A program made the translations under genes and the position numbers. This document shows, piece after piece, positions 28,800-38,709 of a stretch of 64,000 nucleotides of DNA. Under the pieces are notes generated by a model. That model ran no database searches, was not told the origin of the DNA, and saw only the letters and a list, made by a program, of their open reading frames with translations. Position 1 is the first letter of the stretch, and every line of letters starts with the position of its first letter. This stretch comes from Chitinophagales bacterium (GTDB taxonomy: Bacteria; Bacteroidota; Bacteroidia; Chitinophagales; UBA10324): positions 378,516-442,515 of the forward strand of contig JAIBAY010000004.1 of the NCBI GenBank assembly GCA_019694975.1, written 5' to 3'.

Positions 28800-28930
28800 G
28801 ATATTGGTCTTTGCCTCACGTTGAAGGAGGCATTGATCAATAACCTGTTAAAGATTACTGAAAGACGGAGGAACAAAAATCCTTTTCTCCGTACGTCCTG
28901 GTTTAAAATAAATCCGGACTGACTGGAGGT
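28800..28930 (+). repeat. Family-2 mosaic repeat, copy c
   Basis: ATATTGGTC-TTTGCCTCACGTTGAAGGAGGCAT-TGATCAATAACCTGTTAAAG (the stem is kept through changed bases), then GGAACAAAAATCC, then TTTAAAATAAATCCGGACTGAC. Confidence 0.75.
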
Positions 28931-28983
28931 TTGTGCTTCTTCTTCGTTGGTCATAGATTTCTGTGCAAGCGCATCAGAACAGC

Positions 28984-29463
28984 TTACTTATTTTCTAACA
29001 TGTTTGTAGCAGTTTTATCACCAAGTTGTTCAGCCAGTCCTATAAGTAGTCCTTCGGTACCACGAATGTAGCAGAGCTTGTACATGTCTCCAAACCGAAC
29101 CACTTCTCCAACGAGTTTTGCACCATGTTTTAAAAGCCTGGTTAGCAATTCGTCAAGATTGTCGACCCTAAACATGACTCTCAAATAGCCAAGAGCATTC
29201 ACCGGTGCTTTTCTATGGTCAGCTATAGTCTTTGGGTTGTGAAATTGTGAAAGTTCAAGCCTGCTGTGCCCATCCGGAGTTACCATCATGGCAATTTCCA
29301 CTTGTTGATTCTCAAGGCCTGTTACCCGTCCGGCCCACTCCCCTTCCACCTTCATTCGACCTTCGAGTGACAGTCCGATTTCTGTGAAAAATGAAATGGC
29401 ATTGTCAAGAGATTCCACCACAATGCCGACATTGTTCATTTCCATTAGTTTACTTTTTGACAT
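28984..29463 (-). CDS. VOC family protein (glyoxalase/bleomycin-resistance/dioxygenase fold)
   Basis: 159 aa with MNNVGIVVESLDNAISFFTEIGLSLEGR and a second beta-alpha-beta-beta-beta module. Confidence 0.8.
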   Translation of the reverse strand: MSKSKLMEMNNVGIVVESLDNAISFFTEIGLSLEGRMKVEGEWAGRVTGLENQQVEIAMMVTPDGHSRLELSQFHNPKTIADHRKAPVNALGYLRVMFRVDNLDELLTRLLKHGAKLVGEVVRFGDMYKLCYIRGTEGLLIGLAEQLGDKTATNMLENK

Positions 29464-29496
29464 GATTTAAGATTTCGTTAAAGTTCTTTGCTCGGG

Positions 29497-29630
29497 AATT
29501 GTTTTTTGCAAAACGCTGAGAGATAAATAGACCAACAACCGGAGAAGGATTCCACGCAGGCTGCGGCTTAAAATCTGCTTCTCCATCAGTCCGGATTGGA
29601 GATAAATCAGCACTAACAGCTGATAGTAAA
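29497..29630 (+). repeat. Family-2 mosaic repeat, copy d (left arm of the first hairpin degenerate)
   Basis: TTTGCAAAACGCTGAGAGATAAAT-AGACCAACAACC, then GGATTCC...AAAATC, then CATCAGTCCGGATTGGAGATAAATCAGCACTAACAG. Confidence 0.7.
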
Positions 29631-29705
29631 TTAGTGGCATTAAATTCCTCCATGTCCCCTCGGGAGACACGGAGGCGGTGAAAATGGTGCCTGAATGATG
29701 AACGG

Positions 29706-29933
29706 TCATTGATTGGTGGAGACTTTACCGTCATCAACATATTCCAGGATATCGCCGGGCTGGCATTCCAGGGCTTTGCAAATGGCTTCGAGGGTACTGA
29801 AGCGGATGGCTTTGGCCTTTCCGGTCTTTAAGATCGAAAGGTTCGATAAGGTCAGATCCACTTTTTCAGAAAGCCTGTTGAGTGAGATCTTCCTTTTGGC
29901 CATCATCACATCTAAGTTTACAATGATTGGCAT
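29706..29933 (-). CDS. XRE/YozG-type helix-turn-helix transcriptional regulator
   Basis: 75 aa: NLDVMMAKRKISLNRLSEKVDLTLSNLSILKTGKAKAIRFSTLEAICKALECQPGDILEY. Confidence 0.88.
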   Translation of the reverse strand: MPIIVNLDVMMAKRKISLNRLSEKVDLTLSNLSILKTGKAKAIRFSTLEAICKALECQPGDILEYVDDGKVSTNQ

Positions 29934-29936
29934 AGA

Positions 29937-30473
29937 TTATACAGTTAAATCATTTTCGTTTTGAATATCTACGCCTTTTTGGAAAATAGTCGCTATGATA
30001 TAGATTACAGCCCCCATCATAATGAATGCTTGGCTGTCTGCCCAAAATTGATCTAAGTTGTCCGGGACAAAACCGTGATGCATTAAAGTTTTAGCTGACT
30101 GTCTGGCGATGTAGCTTAACAGTCCGATTGAAAGCGTGTAATAACTGATTTGTGAAATTTGTCTTGAAACGAAACTGTTGAACGGTTTAGACAATTCCAT
30201 TTTGTGCATCAGCCTGATAACTATGTAAAACAAGCAAGCTTTTAAAATTGAAATGATCAGGATAAAGCTATAGATACCGAAAAATGCGAGTCTGCTGTCT
30301 TTATACATTTGCGTTAAGTCCAGCTTTTGATAAAGATTTTGGACGAATTCAGGCTTGTAAAGACTGAAAAAGAAATTTACAATTAAGCCTCCTGCTTCAA
30401 TAGACAAGCCTACAAAAATGAGCCAAGCCACAATGTATAGACCCCAGAATACGAAGTTGTTTGTTTTCGACAT
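29937..30473 (-). CDS. DUF2975-like membrane protein (upstream partner of the YozG-type HTH)
   Basis: 178 aa with 4-5 TM segments. It ends 3 nt before the HTH start. The DUF2975 + small HTH pairing is a recurrent two-gene module. Confidence 0.6.
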   Translation of the reverse strand: MSKTNNFVFWGLYIVAWLIFVGLSIEAGGLIVNFFFSLYKPEFVQNLYQKLDLTQMYKDSRLAFFGIYSFILIISILKACLFYIVIRLMHKMELSKPFNSFVSRQISQISYYTLSIGLLSYIARQSAKTLMHHGFVPDNLDQFWADSQAFIMMGAVIYIIATIFQKGVDIQNENDLTV

Positions 30474-30599
30474 GGTTGTTAAAGTTTAAAGTTATGCCGC
30501 AAAGGTAATTAAAAATTATTGATAAACAATAAATAATGATTTAATATCAAAATATTTTTGTCGAATGTTCTCTTTTAGCGGTGTCGTCAGTTCCAATGA

Positions 30600-30818
30600 C
30601 CGCAACCGTATTGCACCTACCGGAAGGTGGAGATTCAGGGGCACTTCACTGTCAGCGAACCAGAAAGTTTGATAGCAGCACAAGGCTTGATTTAATAAAA
30701 GGTAAGCGGACACCTGATGGTGAAGGGTCTCAGTGGACGCTGGTGGCAGAAGGTGGACGCGGATTAAAAAATCTGCTTATCCATCAGCCCGGATTGGAAA
30801 TAAATCCGGACTAACAGG
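30600..30818 (+). repeat. Family-2 mosaic repeat, copy e (first module degenerate, terminal module well conserved)
   Basis: CAGCGAACCAGAAAGTTTGATAG is a degenerate form of CAGAGACCAACAAGCTGTTAAAG. The terminal module GGATTAAAAAATC...CATCAGCCCGGATTGGAAATAAATCCGGACTAACAGG is well conserved. Confidence 0.65.
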
Positions 30819-30999
30819 TGAGCAGGAGGATGGACTTTATAAAAAAGTGCTGGATAAGTTTTTCAATGGTAAGTTGGACGAGAAAACAACTGCACTGATA
30901 AAAGAATAATTTTGAAATGCCTTGAGACTGATGGCTGCATGTATTACGCATGCTGCCTGATTCATTACAAAACCATTGCATTTAACCTGATCCTGTTTT

Positions 31000-32748
31000 A
31001 TGGAGCATGAAGTAAGCGATCCTTTAAAGAAAGCAGCGGGAGAAGCACCTGTAAGATCCAATGCCGCGACCGGCTGGAGGAAATGGGTGCCCGGCTTGCA
31101 GATGATTGCCAATTATAAACTGCATTGGTTAGCCAATGACCTGATGGCCGGCCTCGTGCTAACGACCATGCTGGTGCCGGTGGGCATCGCATACGCTGAA
31201 GCATCGGGCGTGCCCGGCATCTATGGCCTTTATGCAACGGTGCTGCCACTGTTGGCGTATGCCTTATTTGGCCCGAGCCGTATCATGGTGCTGGGCCCCG
31301 ACTCATCATTAGCTCCTATCATTCTTGCTGTATTACTGCCACTGTCGATGGGTAACCCTGAAAATGCAATCGCACTGGCAGGGATGATGGCGCTGGTTTC
31401 AGGTATCGTCTGCATACTGGCCGGTGTGTTTAAGCTGGGGTTTATTACTGAGTTGCTCTCCAAACCAATCCGGTATGGCTACATGAATGGTATTGCACTC
31501 ACCGTGTTGATCAGTCAGCTTCCCAAGATGCTGGGGTTCAGCATTGAGAGCACGGGACCGTTGCGCAACATGGTGCGTATCATTGAAACCGTCGCGGATG
31601 GAAAGACCAACTATGCCAGCCTCCTGATTGGTCTCAGCACGCTGATCGTGATTATGTTTCTGAAACGTTACAAACGCGTGCCCGGCATCCTCATCGCTGT
31701 GGTGGGTGCAACCATCGTAACGGCCATCTGGCAGCTTGACTTAACACATGGATTGAAAGTTCTGGGTTCGCTGCCGCAAGGTTTACCGGCATTCAGGTTA
31801 CCGTTAATAGATATAGACGACCTGCAAACGGTGATTATCGGCGGATGCACGGTAGCCCTTGTTTCTTTTGCCGATACCAGTGTGTTATCACGTATCTACG
31901 CTGCGAAAACAAAAACACCTGTTGATCCCAACCAGGAAATGATTGGCCTTGGTGCAGCTAACCTGGCAGCCGGTTTTTTCCAAGGCTTTCCCATCAGCAG
32001 CAGTTCATCACGCACACCCGTAGCGGAAGCATCAGGCGCCAAAACACAACTCACCGGTGTGGTGGGCGCGCTGGCAGTGGCCTTGCTTTTATTTTTCGGA
32101 GCCGACTTATTGAAGAGTCTGCCCAACAGTGCATTGGCAGCGGTGGTGATTGCTTCCGCGATCGGATTGTTTGAACTGGGTGACCTTGGAAGAATTTTTC
32201 GCATACAGCGTTGGGAATTCTGGTTATCCATCGTCTGCTTCGCAGGGGTGGCAGTATTTGGTGCCATACCCGGAATAGGGCTGGCCATTGTGCTGGCAGT
32301 GATTGAATTTTTATGGGACGGATGGCGTCCTCATTTTGCAGTGCTTGGCCGTGTAGAAGGCATTCGCGGTTATCATGATATCATGCGGTATCCTGATGCG
32401 GAATTAATACCCGGGCTGTTGCTGTTCCGTTGGGATGCGCCTTTATTTTTTGCCAATGCCGCTTTGTTCCAGGAAGAAATCCTGAAGCAGGTTTCGGATT
32501 CACCAACACCCGTCAAACGCATTGTAGTAGCTGCAGAACCTGTTACAAGCGTTGACATCACTTCGGCAGACATGCTTACTGACCTGAAAAAGGAACTGGA
32601 TGCAAGGCAGATAGCATTGCATTTTGCCGAAATGAAAGATCCGGTAAAAGACAAGCTTAAGCGATTTGAATTGCTGCAAGTGCTTGGCACTGATATTTTC
32701 TTTCCCACTATAGGTTCAGCAGTTGAAAATTATCTGGATACTTATTAA
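31000..32748 (+). CDS. SulP family inorganic anion transporter with C-terminal STAS domain
   Basis: 582 aa with DLMAGLVLTTMLVPVGIAYAEASGVP and QEMIGLGAANLAAGFFQGFPISSSSSRT. The STAS tail includes LFRWDAPLFFANA. Confidence 0.9.
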   Translation: MEHEVSDPLKKAAGEAPVRSNAATGWRKWVPGLQMIANYKLHWLANDLMAGLVLTTMLVPVGIAYAEASGVPGIYGLYATVLPLLAYALFGPSRIMVLGPDSSLAPIILAVLLPLSMGNPENAIALAGMMALVSGIVCILAGVFKLGFITELLSKPIRYGYMNGIALTVLISQLPKMLGFSIESTGPLRNMVRIIETVADGKTNYASLLIGLSTLIVIMFLKRYKRVPGILIAVVGATIVTAIWQLDLTHGLKVLGSLPQGLPAFRLPLIDIDDLQTVIIGGCTVALVSFADTSVLSRIYAAKTKTPVDPNQEMIGLGAANLAAGFFQGFPISSSSSRTPVAEASGAKTQLTGVVGALAVALLLFFGADLLKSLPNSALAAVVIASAIGLFELGDLGRIFRIQRWEFWLSIVCFAGVAVFGAIPGIGLAIVLAVIEFLWDGWRPHFAVLGRVEGIRGYHDIMRYPDAELIPGLLLFRWDAPLFFANAALFQEEILKQVSDSPTPVKRIVVAAEPVTSVDITSADMLTDLKKELDARQIALHFAEMKDPVKDKLKRFELLQVLGTDIFFPTIGSAVENYLDTY

Positions 32749-32777
32749 ATGGAGAAGAAGGGATGATGCCTGCCTTT

Positions 32778-32830
32778 GCCGTTGTTGGGCTTAACAAAGC
32801 TTGCGCGAGGCGCAGACCAACAACCTGCGC
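32778..32830 (+). repeat. Family-2 repeat, first-hairpin module only (copy f)
   Basis: GTTGTTGGGC-TTAACAAAGCTTGCGCGAGGCGC-AGACCAACAACCTG, immediately after the sulP stop. Confidence 0.65.
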
Positions 32831-32969
32831 CACAGTTACCCATACATGTTAACGGAAGTTATCTCAAAATACCCTGAGTCATCCTGTCCCGATTGATAGG
32901 GATCAGTAGCTCTTCAATTCATTGACAGATGGCCAAATAGATTCGGCATGTCAGCACTGATTGCTGTTT

Positions 32970-33875
32970 TTATTTTTTACCAATCAGATCCTGCAAGGCG
33001 GCCTCCAGTGAGGGGAAATGAAATACAAATCCCCGGCCGGCAATCTTTTCCGCCGAACATCTTGTGCTCATCGTCAGTGTTTGTGCAAACCCGCCCAATG
33101 CCAGCTGTAAGGCAAATGACGGAACCGGAATGTTCAGCTTTTTCCGCTTCAGTGCTTTGGCTATGCTGTTCAACAAAATCATGTATCGTTCAGGCGAAGG
33201 TGATACGGCATTGAATGCACCCTGCATGGTTTCATCATCCAATGCATGCAGGTAGATGCCGCAAAGATCGGCTATGTGAATCCAGGGATAAAACGGCAGG
33301 CCGTTGCCGAATACCGGTGCTATGCCAAACCTGACAGGCATTACCAGCCTGGGAAGTGCGCCACCTTCAACGGCGAGCACAATGCCGGTACGTAGGCTTA
33401 CCACTCTTTTGTTCAGCGATGCAATCCTGTTCACTGCCTGTTCCCACTGCAGGCAGGTGGTGGCCAAAAAATCATCGCCCGCTTGCGCGTCTTCCTTGAG
33501 CCATTCATCTCCGCGGCTGCCGTAATAACCTGTAGCGGAGGAGGCGATGATGGCCTTCACCTTATTGGGAGTACGTTGAAGAGCGGTATAAAGCAATTCA
33601 GTGCTGCGGATGCGGCTTTGCAGAATTTCTGCTTTGTAGCTATTGGTCCAGCGGTGGTTACCAACATTAGCGCCCGCCATGTGGATGATATAATCTGCCT
33701 CGCTGATGCATGCATCATCAATTTCATCCCGCGCCGGATCCCAGTGATAAGCAGTGATGCTGCCCTGTGCTTTTTGCCTGCTCAGGTGTGCAACCTTATG
33801 GCCACGCTGCTGCAAGAGTTTGGTAAGATGGCTGCCGATTAGACCCGAACCGCCGCTGATTAGTATGTTCTTCAT
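32970..33875 (-). CDS. TIGR01777-family NAD-dependent epimerase/dehydratase-like oxidoreductase (YfcH-like, DUF1731 C-terminus)
   Basis: 301 aa with the Rossmann motif ILISGGSGLIGSHL. The C-terminus is RCSAEKIAGRGFVFHFPSLEAALQDL. Confidence 0.85.
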   Translation of the reverse strand: MKNILISGGSGLIGSHLTKLLQQRGHKVAHLSRQKAQGSITAYHWDPARDEIDDACISEADYIIHMAGANVGNHRWTNSYKAEILQSRIRSTELLYTALQRTPNKVKAIIASSATGYYGSRGDEWLKEDAQAGDDFLATTCLQWEQAVNRIASLNKRVVSLRTGIVLAVEGGALPRLVMPVRFGIAPVFGNGLPFYPWIHIADLCGIYLHALDDETMQGAFNAVSPSPERYMILLNSIAKALKRKKLNIPVPSFALQLALGGFAQTLTMSTRCSAEKIAGRGFVFHFPSLEAALQDLIGKK

Positions 33876-34199
33876 GCAGAGAGCACAATCATTCTTGAAA
33901 TATACAATTGAAACAGCAGGAAGTTTAAACCATCACGTTACTGATCTGCCAGGCAGGGCACACCTTCTTCCCTTTTACGCTAAAAGCCTGTTGTGTTAAC
34001 CAATCATGATTGATGCTGCGAACTCCGGCGATTTTTGAGTGATCCGGTTATCCATGCTCAGTGCAGCGAAGATTGATATAGCCGCTGAATGACTGTTTTT
34101 GCTTTCTACAAATCGTGGTAACGGAACGCTTTCTGCATAATAATACATTATATCATTTATAATGTGTAAATTCAATTCTTGAAACGAACCGGACTGAAC

Positions 34200-36053
34200 A
34201 TGAAAAGCATCTGCAAATATTTACTCTTGCTGCTGCCTGTTCTGATGCAAGGTTGCAGGGAAAATAACAGGGCAGAGGAGGAGACAGGTAATGTGCGGAA
34301 GAATGAGGCCTTCGTCATTTTCCCGGATGCACCAAAGCTGATGGACGACTGGTCGCGGGAAAACACGCTCATTGTGCATACGCTCTCCGATGCCGGTTAC
34401 CTTCATCCCACCAACTATTCATTTCAGAATGCGCGGCTCATCCTCAGCTTCACACATCCTGCATTGCTGACCGTGGACCAGGTGCAACTTAAGTTATCAC
34501 CCTGCCTTGCAAAATCATTGCCTGTGGTAGATGCCGATGAGCTCCAGTTTACATACACGCTGCGCGATGAAGCAGTCTGGGACGATGGCAGCCCTGTTAC
34601 AAGCGAAGATGTGATATTCACTTTCAAGACCAGTAAGTGCCCGTTAACCGATAACCCTTTACATAAATCAATCTGTAACAATCTTAAAACGATTATTCCG
34701 GATGCAGGCAACCCGAAACGGTTTACGATGGTGATGAAGAGGAGATATGTGCAGGCTATCAGCATGGTGACGGACTTTCCGATTTTGTGCCGCAAATTTT
34801 TTGATCCTGAAAATGTAATGGGATCAATGACGATGGAACAACTGGATGATCCCGCCTTTGATGCCGGCCGTTATCCTGCACTAAAGCAATGGGAAGCCAC
34901 ATTTAATGACGGCAAGTATGGAAATGATGTGCAGTTTTTCTATGGATGCGGCGCTTATAAAGTAACAGCATGGGAACGCGGACAATCGGTAGTGCTGGAA
35001 AAAAAATCCGGTCACTGGACCGACCATCTGCCGGAAGATGATATCTACCTGCATGCCTATCCTCAGCAGATAATATTTAAGGCGATCAAAGATGAAAATG
35101 CAAGCATGCTGGAGTTTAAATCACAAACCTTAGACGCTTCCACATTCATCACGAGCAGGATATTGCTCGACCTGCAGCGCGACAGTTTGTTTAACCGTAA
35201 CTATCATTCGGTGTTCCTCAACAGTTATGCATTTACCTTCATCGGTTTGAACATGCGGCCTGACGGTCTCCGGCATAAACGTATACTCGATGATGTGAAT
35301 GTGCGGCATGCCATTGCCCTGCTTACGCCTGTTGACAGAATTATTGATGTGGTGGCCATGGGCAGAGCGCGGCGCTGGCCCAGTATGGTTTCACCTCTTA
35401 AACCGGAATTCAATGAAGACCTTGCCCTGTTACCGTATGATGTTGCTGCTGCTTCGCAGTTACTGGATAAAGCGGGATGGAAAGATACCGATGGCGACAA
35501 TATCCGCGATAAGGTAGTTGACGGTGAACGCATTCCTCTGCAGCTGGAGTTGCTTTGCATGGTGCAGGGAAATATGGTGAAGGAGATGACCAACATTATT
35601 GCAGAAGGTGCCTGGCCGGCCGGTGTGAAGATTGTTCCGCGGCCGGTAGACGGCGCTGTTTTACGGCAACAGATTACAGATCATGATTTTGATATGGCAC
35701 TTTCGAGTTGGGCCGTATCCTCGCTGCCTGAAGATTTCAGCCAGCTGTGGTCAACTAATGCATGGGCTACCAGGGGCAGCAATTTCACCGGCTTTGGCAA
35801 TGCCGCAAGCGATGCACTTATTGATTCCATAGCAGGAATGCTCGATGATACGAAGCGGATACCGATGGTGAAAAGATTACAACGTATCATATATGATGAA
35901 CAGCCTTATGTATTCATGTACAGTCCCGACAGAAAAGTAGTCATTCACAAACGATGGGGCAATGCAACCGCTACTTCCGAATTGCCTTCATTCATTCCCA
36001 ACAACCTTTTACTGCTTTCCGCTGCCACTCCCTTAGCAGCCGATGTTCAATAG
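34200..36053 (+). CDS. ABC-transporter family-5 substrate-binding lipoprotein (peptide/nickel/oligosaccharide type), orphan
   Basis: Start at the Met of MKSICKYLLLLLPVLMQGC (lipobox), 7 codons into the tracked ORF. It has an SBP_bac_5-like body (WDDGSPVTSEDVIFTF, YAFTFIGLNMRP). No permease or ATPase genes are adjacent. Confidence 0.75.
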   Translation: MKSICKYLLLLLPVLMQGCRENNRAEEETGNVRKNEAFVIFPDAPKLMDDWSRENTLIVHTLSDAGYLHPTNYSFQNARLILSFTHPALLTVDQVQLKLSPCLAKSLPVVDADELQFTYTLRDEAVWDDGSPVTSEDVIFTFKTSKCPLTDNPLHKSICNNLKTIIPDAGNPKRFTMVMKRRYVQAISMVTDFPILCRKFFDPENVMGSMTMEQLDDPAFDAGRYPALKQWEATFNDGKYGNDVQFFYGCGAYKVTAWERGQSVVLEKKSGHWTDHLPEDDIYLHAYPQQIIFKAIKDENASMLEFKSQTLDASTFITSRILLDLQRDSLFNRNYHSVFLNSYAFTFIGLNMRPDGLRHKRILDDVNVRHAIALLTPVDRIIDVVAMGRARRWPSMVSPLKPEFNEDLALLPYDVAAASQLLDKAGWKDTDGDNIRDKVVDGERIPLQLELLCMVQGNMVKEMTNIIAEGAWPAGVKIVPRPVDGAVLRQQITDHDFDMALSSWAVSSLPEDFSQLWSTNAWATRGSNFTGFGNAASDALIDSIAGMLDDTKRIPMVKRLQRIIYDEQPYVFMYSPDRKVVIHKRWGNATATSELPSFIPNNLLLLSAATPLAADVQ

Positions 36054-36376
36054 CAAAAGGAACCAGATCACGTAGGCATTAGGTCGATAAAGGACTTGTT
36101 TAGCTGATGTGATCACCGGTTACGGGTAACCGGCGTCTGCCATTATCACCAATTCATTGGACGCAACAAAACGATCATGATCAACATAAAATGGAAGCAT
36201 CGGCAGCAGCTTGATTGCGTTCTATACGACGGGTTATATTACCGCTATTCGCCTTTGTGTACACTTTTCGGAGTGGGTGTGAATAAAACAGTCCCTGAAA
36301 TTTGAAGCTGTGGCCATTTATTGGTCATCTTTAGCCATCACTGAAAACACCACCTTTCAGAATCACGCTGATATAT

Positions 36377-38656
36377 ATGAAAAAAACATACTTAGTGCTG
36401 CTTTTTTGCTGGCTTTACCTGCCGCTTCATGCGCAGGAATACCTTGGTATCATGAACAGCAATTATGCAGGCACCATCGGCACACAGTTAAACCCAAGTT
36501 CCTTTGTAGATTCGAAGCTGCAGTTTGACATCAATCTCATCAGCGGGGGCGCATCTTTCGACAATACGTTTTTATACATTCCCAGGGAAGATCTGACATT
36601 TTTTGGTTTCGGGAATATTGTGGATATCGTAAAGAACAAAGAGTTTCTTTCACGGTGGGATCCTGATAATCCGAATGCAAAGCAAAACTTAACGGCATCC
36701 ATGGAAGGCATCGGGCCATCCTTCATGATCAACTTTGCGAATCGCCACAGCATTGGTTTTACCACGGGCGCAAAATTTTTCATGACTGACAACAACATCG
36801 CTGCGCATGTGGCTGAAAATGCTTACCAGGAATTGCGGGATGAATCGTTATACAACATCAACTGGACCACAGACAATATGCAACAGAATATACTCGGCTG
36901 GGCTGAGTACGGCTTGAACTACGGCATTATTCTTTACAAAGACAAAACGCATGAAGTGAAAGGAGGCGTTACACTGAAGGTTGTTGACGGCATCGGCGGC
37001 GGTTACATGAAGAATGCGAATGTAAGCTACAACATCACCGGCCCTGATACCATTCTCTTTGGCCCCACCGCACTCGATTACGGCCGCACTGATTTCAATT
37101 CCTTTGATCCCATCAATAGTTACAGCGATTTAAAACATGGCGGAGGATTCGGCTGGGATCTTGGTTTCACCTATGAATGGCTGCGCGATTCTTCCGAATG
37201 GACCTATGAGATGGATCAGCGCAGATGGGCTGATCCGGATAAGAATCAGTACAGATTACGCATTGGTGCATCATTGATTGATATGGGAAGCATTAAGTTC
37301 AATGAAGCTTCCGGCAACTATCACCTCGAAACGGTTGGTGCGGATTACCCTGAATGGCGGGGTGAGCATTATGAAGATAATATTGACTTCGACAAGACAC
37401 TCAGTTATATTTTTTATGGTGATTCAACGGCATCATTCGTGTCGGATAATTTCAAGATGGCGTTGCCATCGGCATTCAGCCTGCAGGTTGACTGGAATGT
37501 TTACCAGAACTTTTTCGTGAATGCCACGATCATACAATCATTACATCATAAAAGTGATCAGGGCATAGTGCGGCCTGATATCTATTCCATTACGCCGCGT
37601 TATGAGCACAAGTGGTTTGAAGTGGCTGTGCCGCTGTCGGTGGAATATTACGGACACACCAAAACCCGTATCGGCATGATGCTGCGTGCAGGGCCGGTAT
37701 TTGTGGGTACTGATGAGATTGGGTCGCTGCTCACTTTAAATGATATGGAAGGTGCCGACATTTATGGCGGAATAAAGGTGAATATCCCGGGAAACAAATT
37801 GCACGACTTGGATAAGGATATGATGTCCGACAAGAAAGATCATTGTCCTGAAGTGCCGGGTCCTGTCGCTCTGTTTGGCTGTCCTGACCGTGACCGCGAT
37901 GGTGTGGAAGATGCGAAAGATAATTGCCCTGATGCTGCCGGTGTTGCCGCCCTCAATGGTTGCCCGGATAAAGACGCTGACGGCATCACCGATACAAAAG
38001 ATAAATGCCCGGAACAGGCCGGCCTTCCGCAGTTTGATGGCTGCCCGGATACGGATACCGATGGCATTCCTGATTTTGAAGATGAATGTCCGTATTTGGC
38101 AGGTACCATACAGTTTCATGGCTGCCCTGATACTGATGCTGACGGCATTCCTGATAAGATCGATTCCTGCGCTAACCTGGCAGGTCCGATCTCCACGAAT
38201 GGTTGCCCCGACCGTGACGGTGACCTTGTGCCTGACCGTAAGGACAACTGTCCTGATGTAGCCGGTACGATTGACAAAGAAGGTTGTCCGGGCCTGCGAG
38301 AAGATGAATTGACGAAGATCAGGCTCAGTTCAAAATCCATCATGTTTGAAACGGGAAGCGACAAGATCAAAGGCGCCTCCACGGAAGTGCTTGATGTGAT
38401 TGCGGAAATAATGCAACAATACAGTTATACAAGGTGGAGCATTGAAGGCTACACGGACAACACCGGAAGCGCATCGGCTAACCTGGCACTATCTAAAAAA
38501 CGCGCTACCGCAGTAAAGGATTACTTCATCTCCAAAGGGATCAGTCCTGACAGGCTGACGTCTGAAGGATATGGCATCGAAAAGCCCGTAGCAACCAATG
38601 CCACTGCTGCCGGCCGCGCAAAAAACAGGAGGGTCGAGATTAAGCTGGTCAATTAA
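36377..38656 (+). CDS. OmpA-family outer-membrane protein with an N-terminal beta-barrel-like domain and thrombospondin type-3 repeats
   Basis: 759 aa with a signal peptide. About six TSP3 repeats (D-x-CP...GCPDxDxDGxxD) fall at about 37850-38290. The C-terminal OmpA domain is IEGYTDNTGSASANLALSKKRATAV...NRRVEI. Confidence 0.88.
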   Translation: MKKTYLVLLFCWLYLPLHAQEYLGIMNSNYAGTIGTQLNPSSFVDSKLQFDINLISGGASFDNTFLYIPREDLTFFGFGNIVDIVKNKEFLSRWDPDNPNAKQNLTASMEGIGPSFMINFANRHSIGFTTGAKFFMTDNNIAAHVAENAYQELRDESLYNINWTTDNMQQNILGWAEYGLNYGIILYKDKTHEVKGGVTLKVVDGIGGGYMKNANVSYNITGPDTILFGPTALDYGRTDFNSFDPINSYSDLKHGGGFGWDLGFTYEWLRDSSEWTYEMDQRRWADPDKNQYRLRIGASLIDMGSIKFNEASGNYHLETVGADYPEWRGEHYEDNIDFDKTLSYIFYGDSTASFVSDNFKMALPSAFSLQVDWNVYQNFFVNATIIQSLHHKSDQGIVRPDIYSITPRYEHKWFEVAVPLSVEYYGHTKTRIGMMLRAGPVFVGTDEIGSLLTLNDMEGADIYGGIKVNIPGNKLHDLDKDMMSDKKDHCPEVPGPVALFGCPDRDRDGVEDAKDNCPDAAGVAALNGCPDKDADGITDTKDKCPEQAGLPQFDGCPDTDTDGIPDFEDECPYLAGTIQFHGCPDTDADGIPDKIDSCANLAGPISTNGCPDRDGDLVPDRKDNCPDVAGTIDKEGCPGLREDELTKIRLSSKSIMFETGSDKIKGASTEVLDVIAEIMQQYSYTRWSIEGYTDNTGSASANLALSKKRATAVKDYFISKGISPDRLTSEGYGIEKPVATNATAAGRAKNRRVEIKLVN

Positions 38657-38678
38657 GCACCGGAATTTGTGAAGGAAG

Positions 38679-38709
38679 ATGGACGGTCGGCTGGCCGTCC
38701 ATTTTTTTT
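38679..38709 (+). terminator. rho-independent terminator
   Basis: ATGGACGG-TCGGCTGG-CCGTCCAT followed by TTTTTTT. Confidence 0.8.

Noticed and set aside
26846-30999. An integron-like cassette array, with the family-2 repeats acting as attC sites.
   Set aside because: The inverted repeat reads GTTGGTC...GACCAAC, with the GTT core first and the AAC core last. This is the reverse of the attC R''(RYYYAAC)...R'(GTTRRRY) order, and flipping strands cannot fix it. The cores also each miss the consensus by one base. No intI integrase or attI is present.
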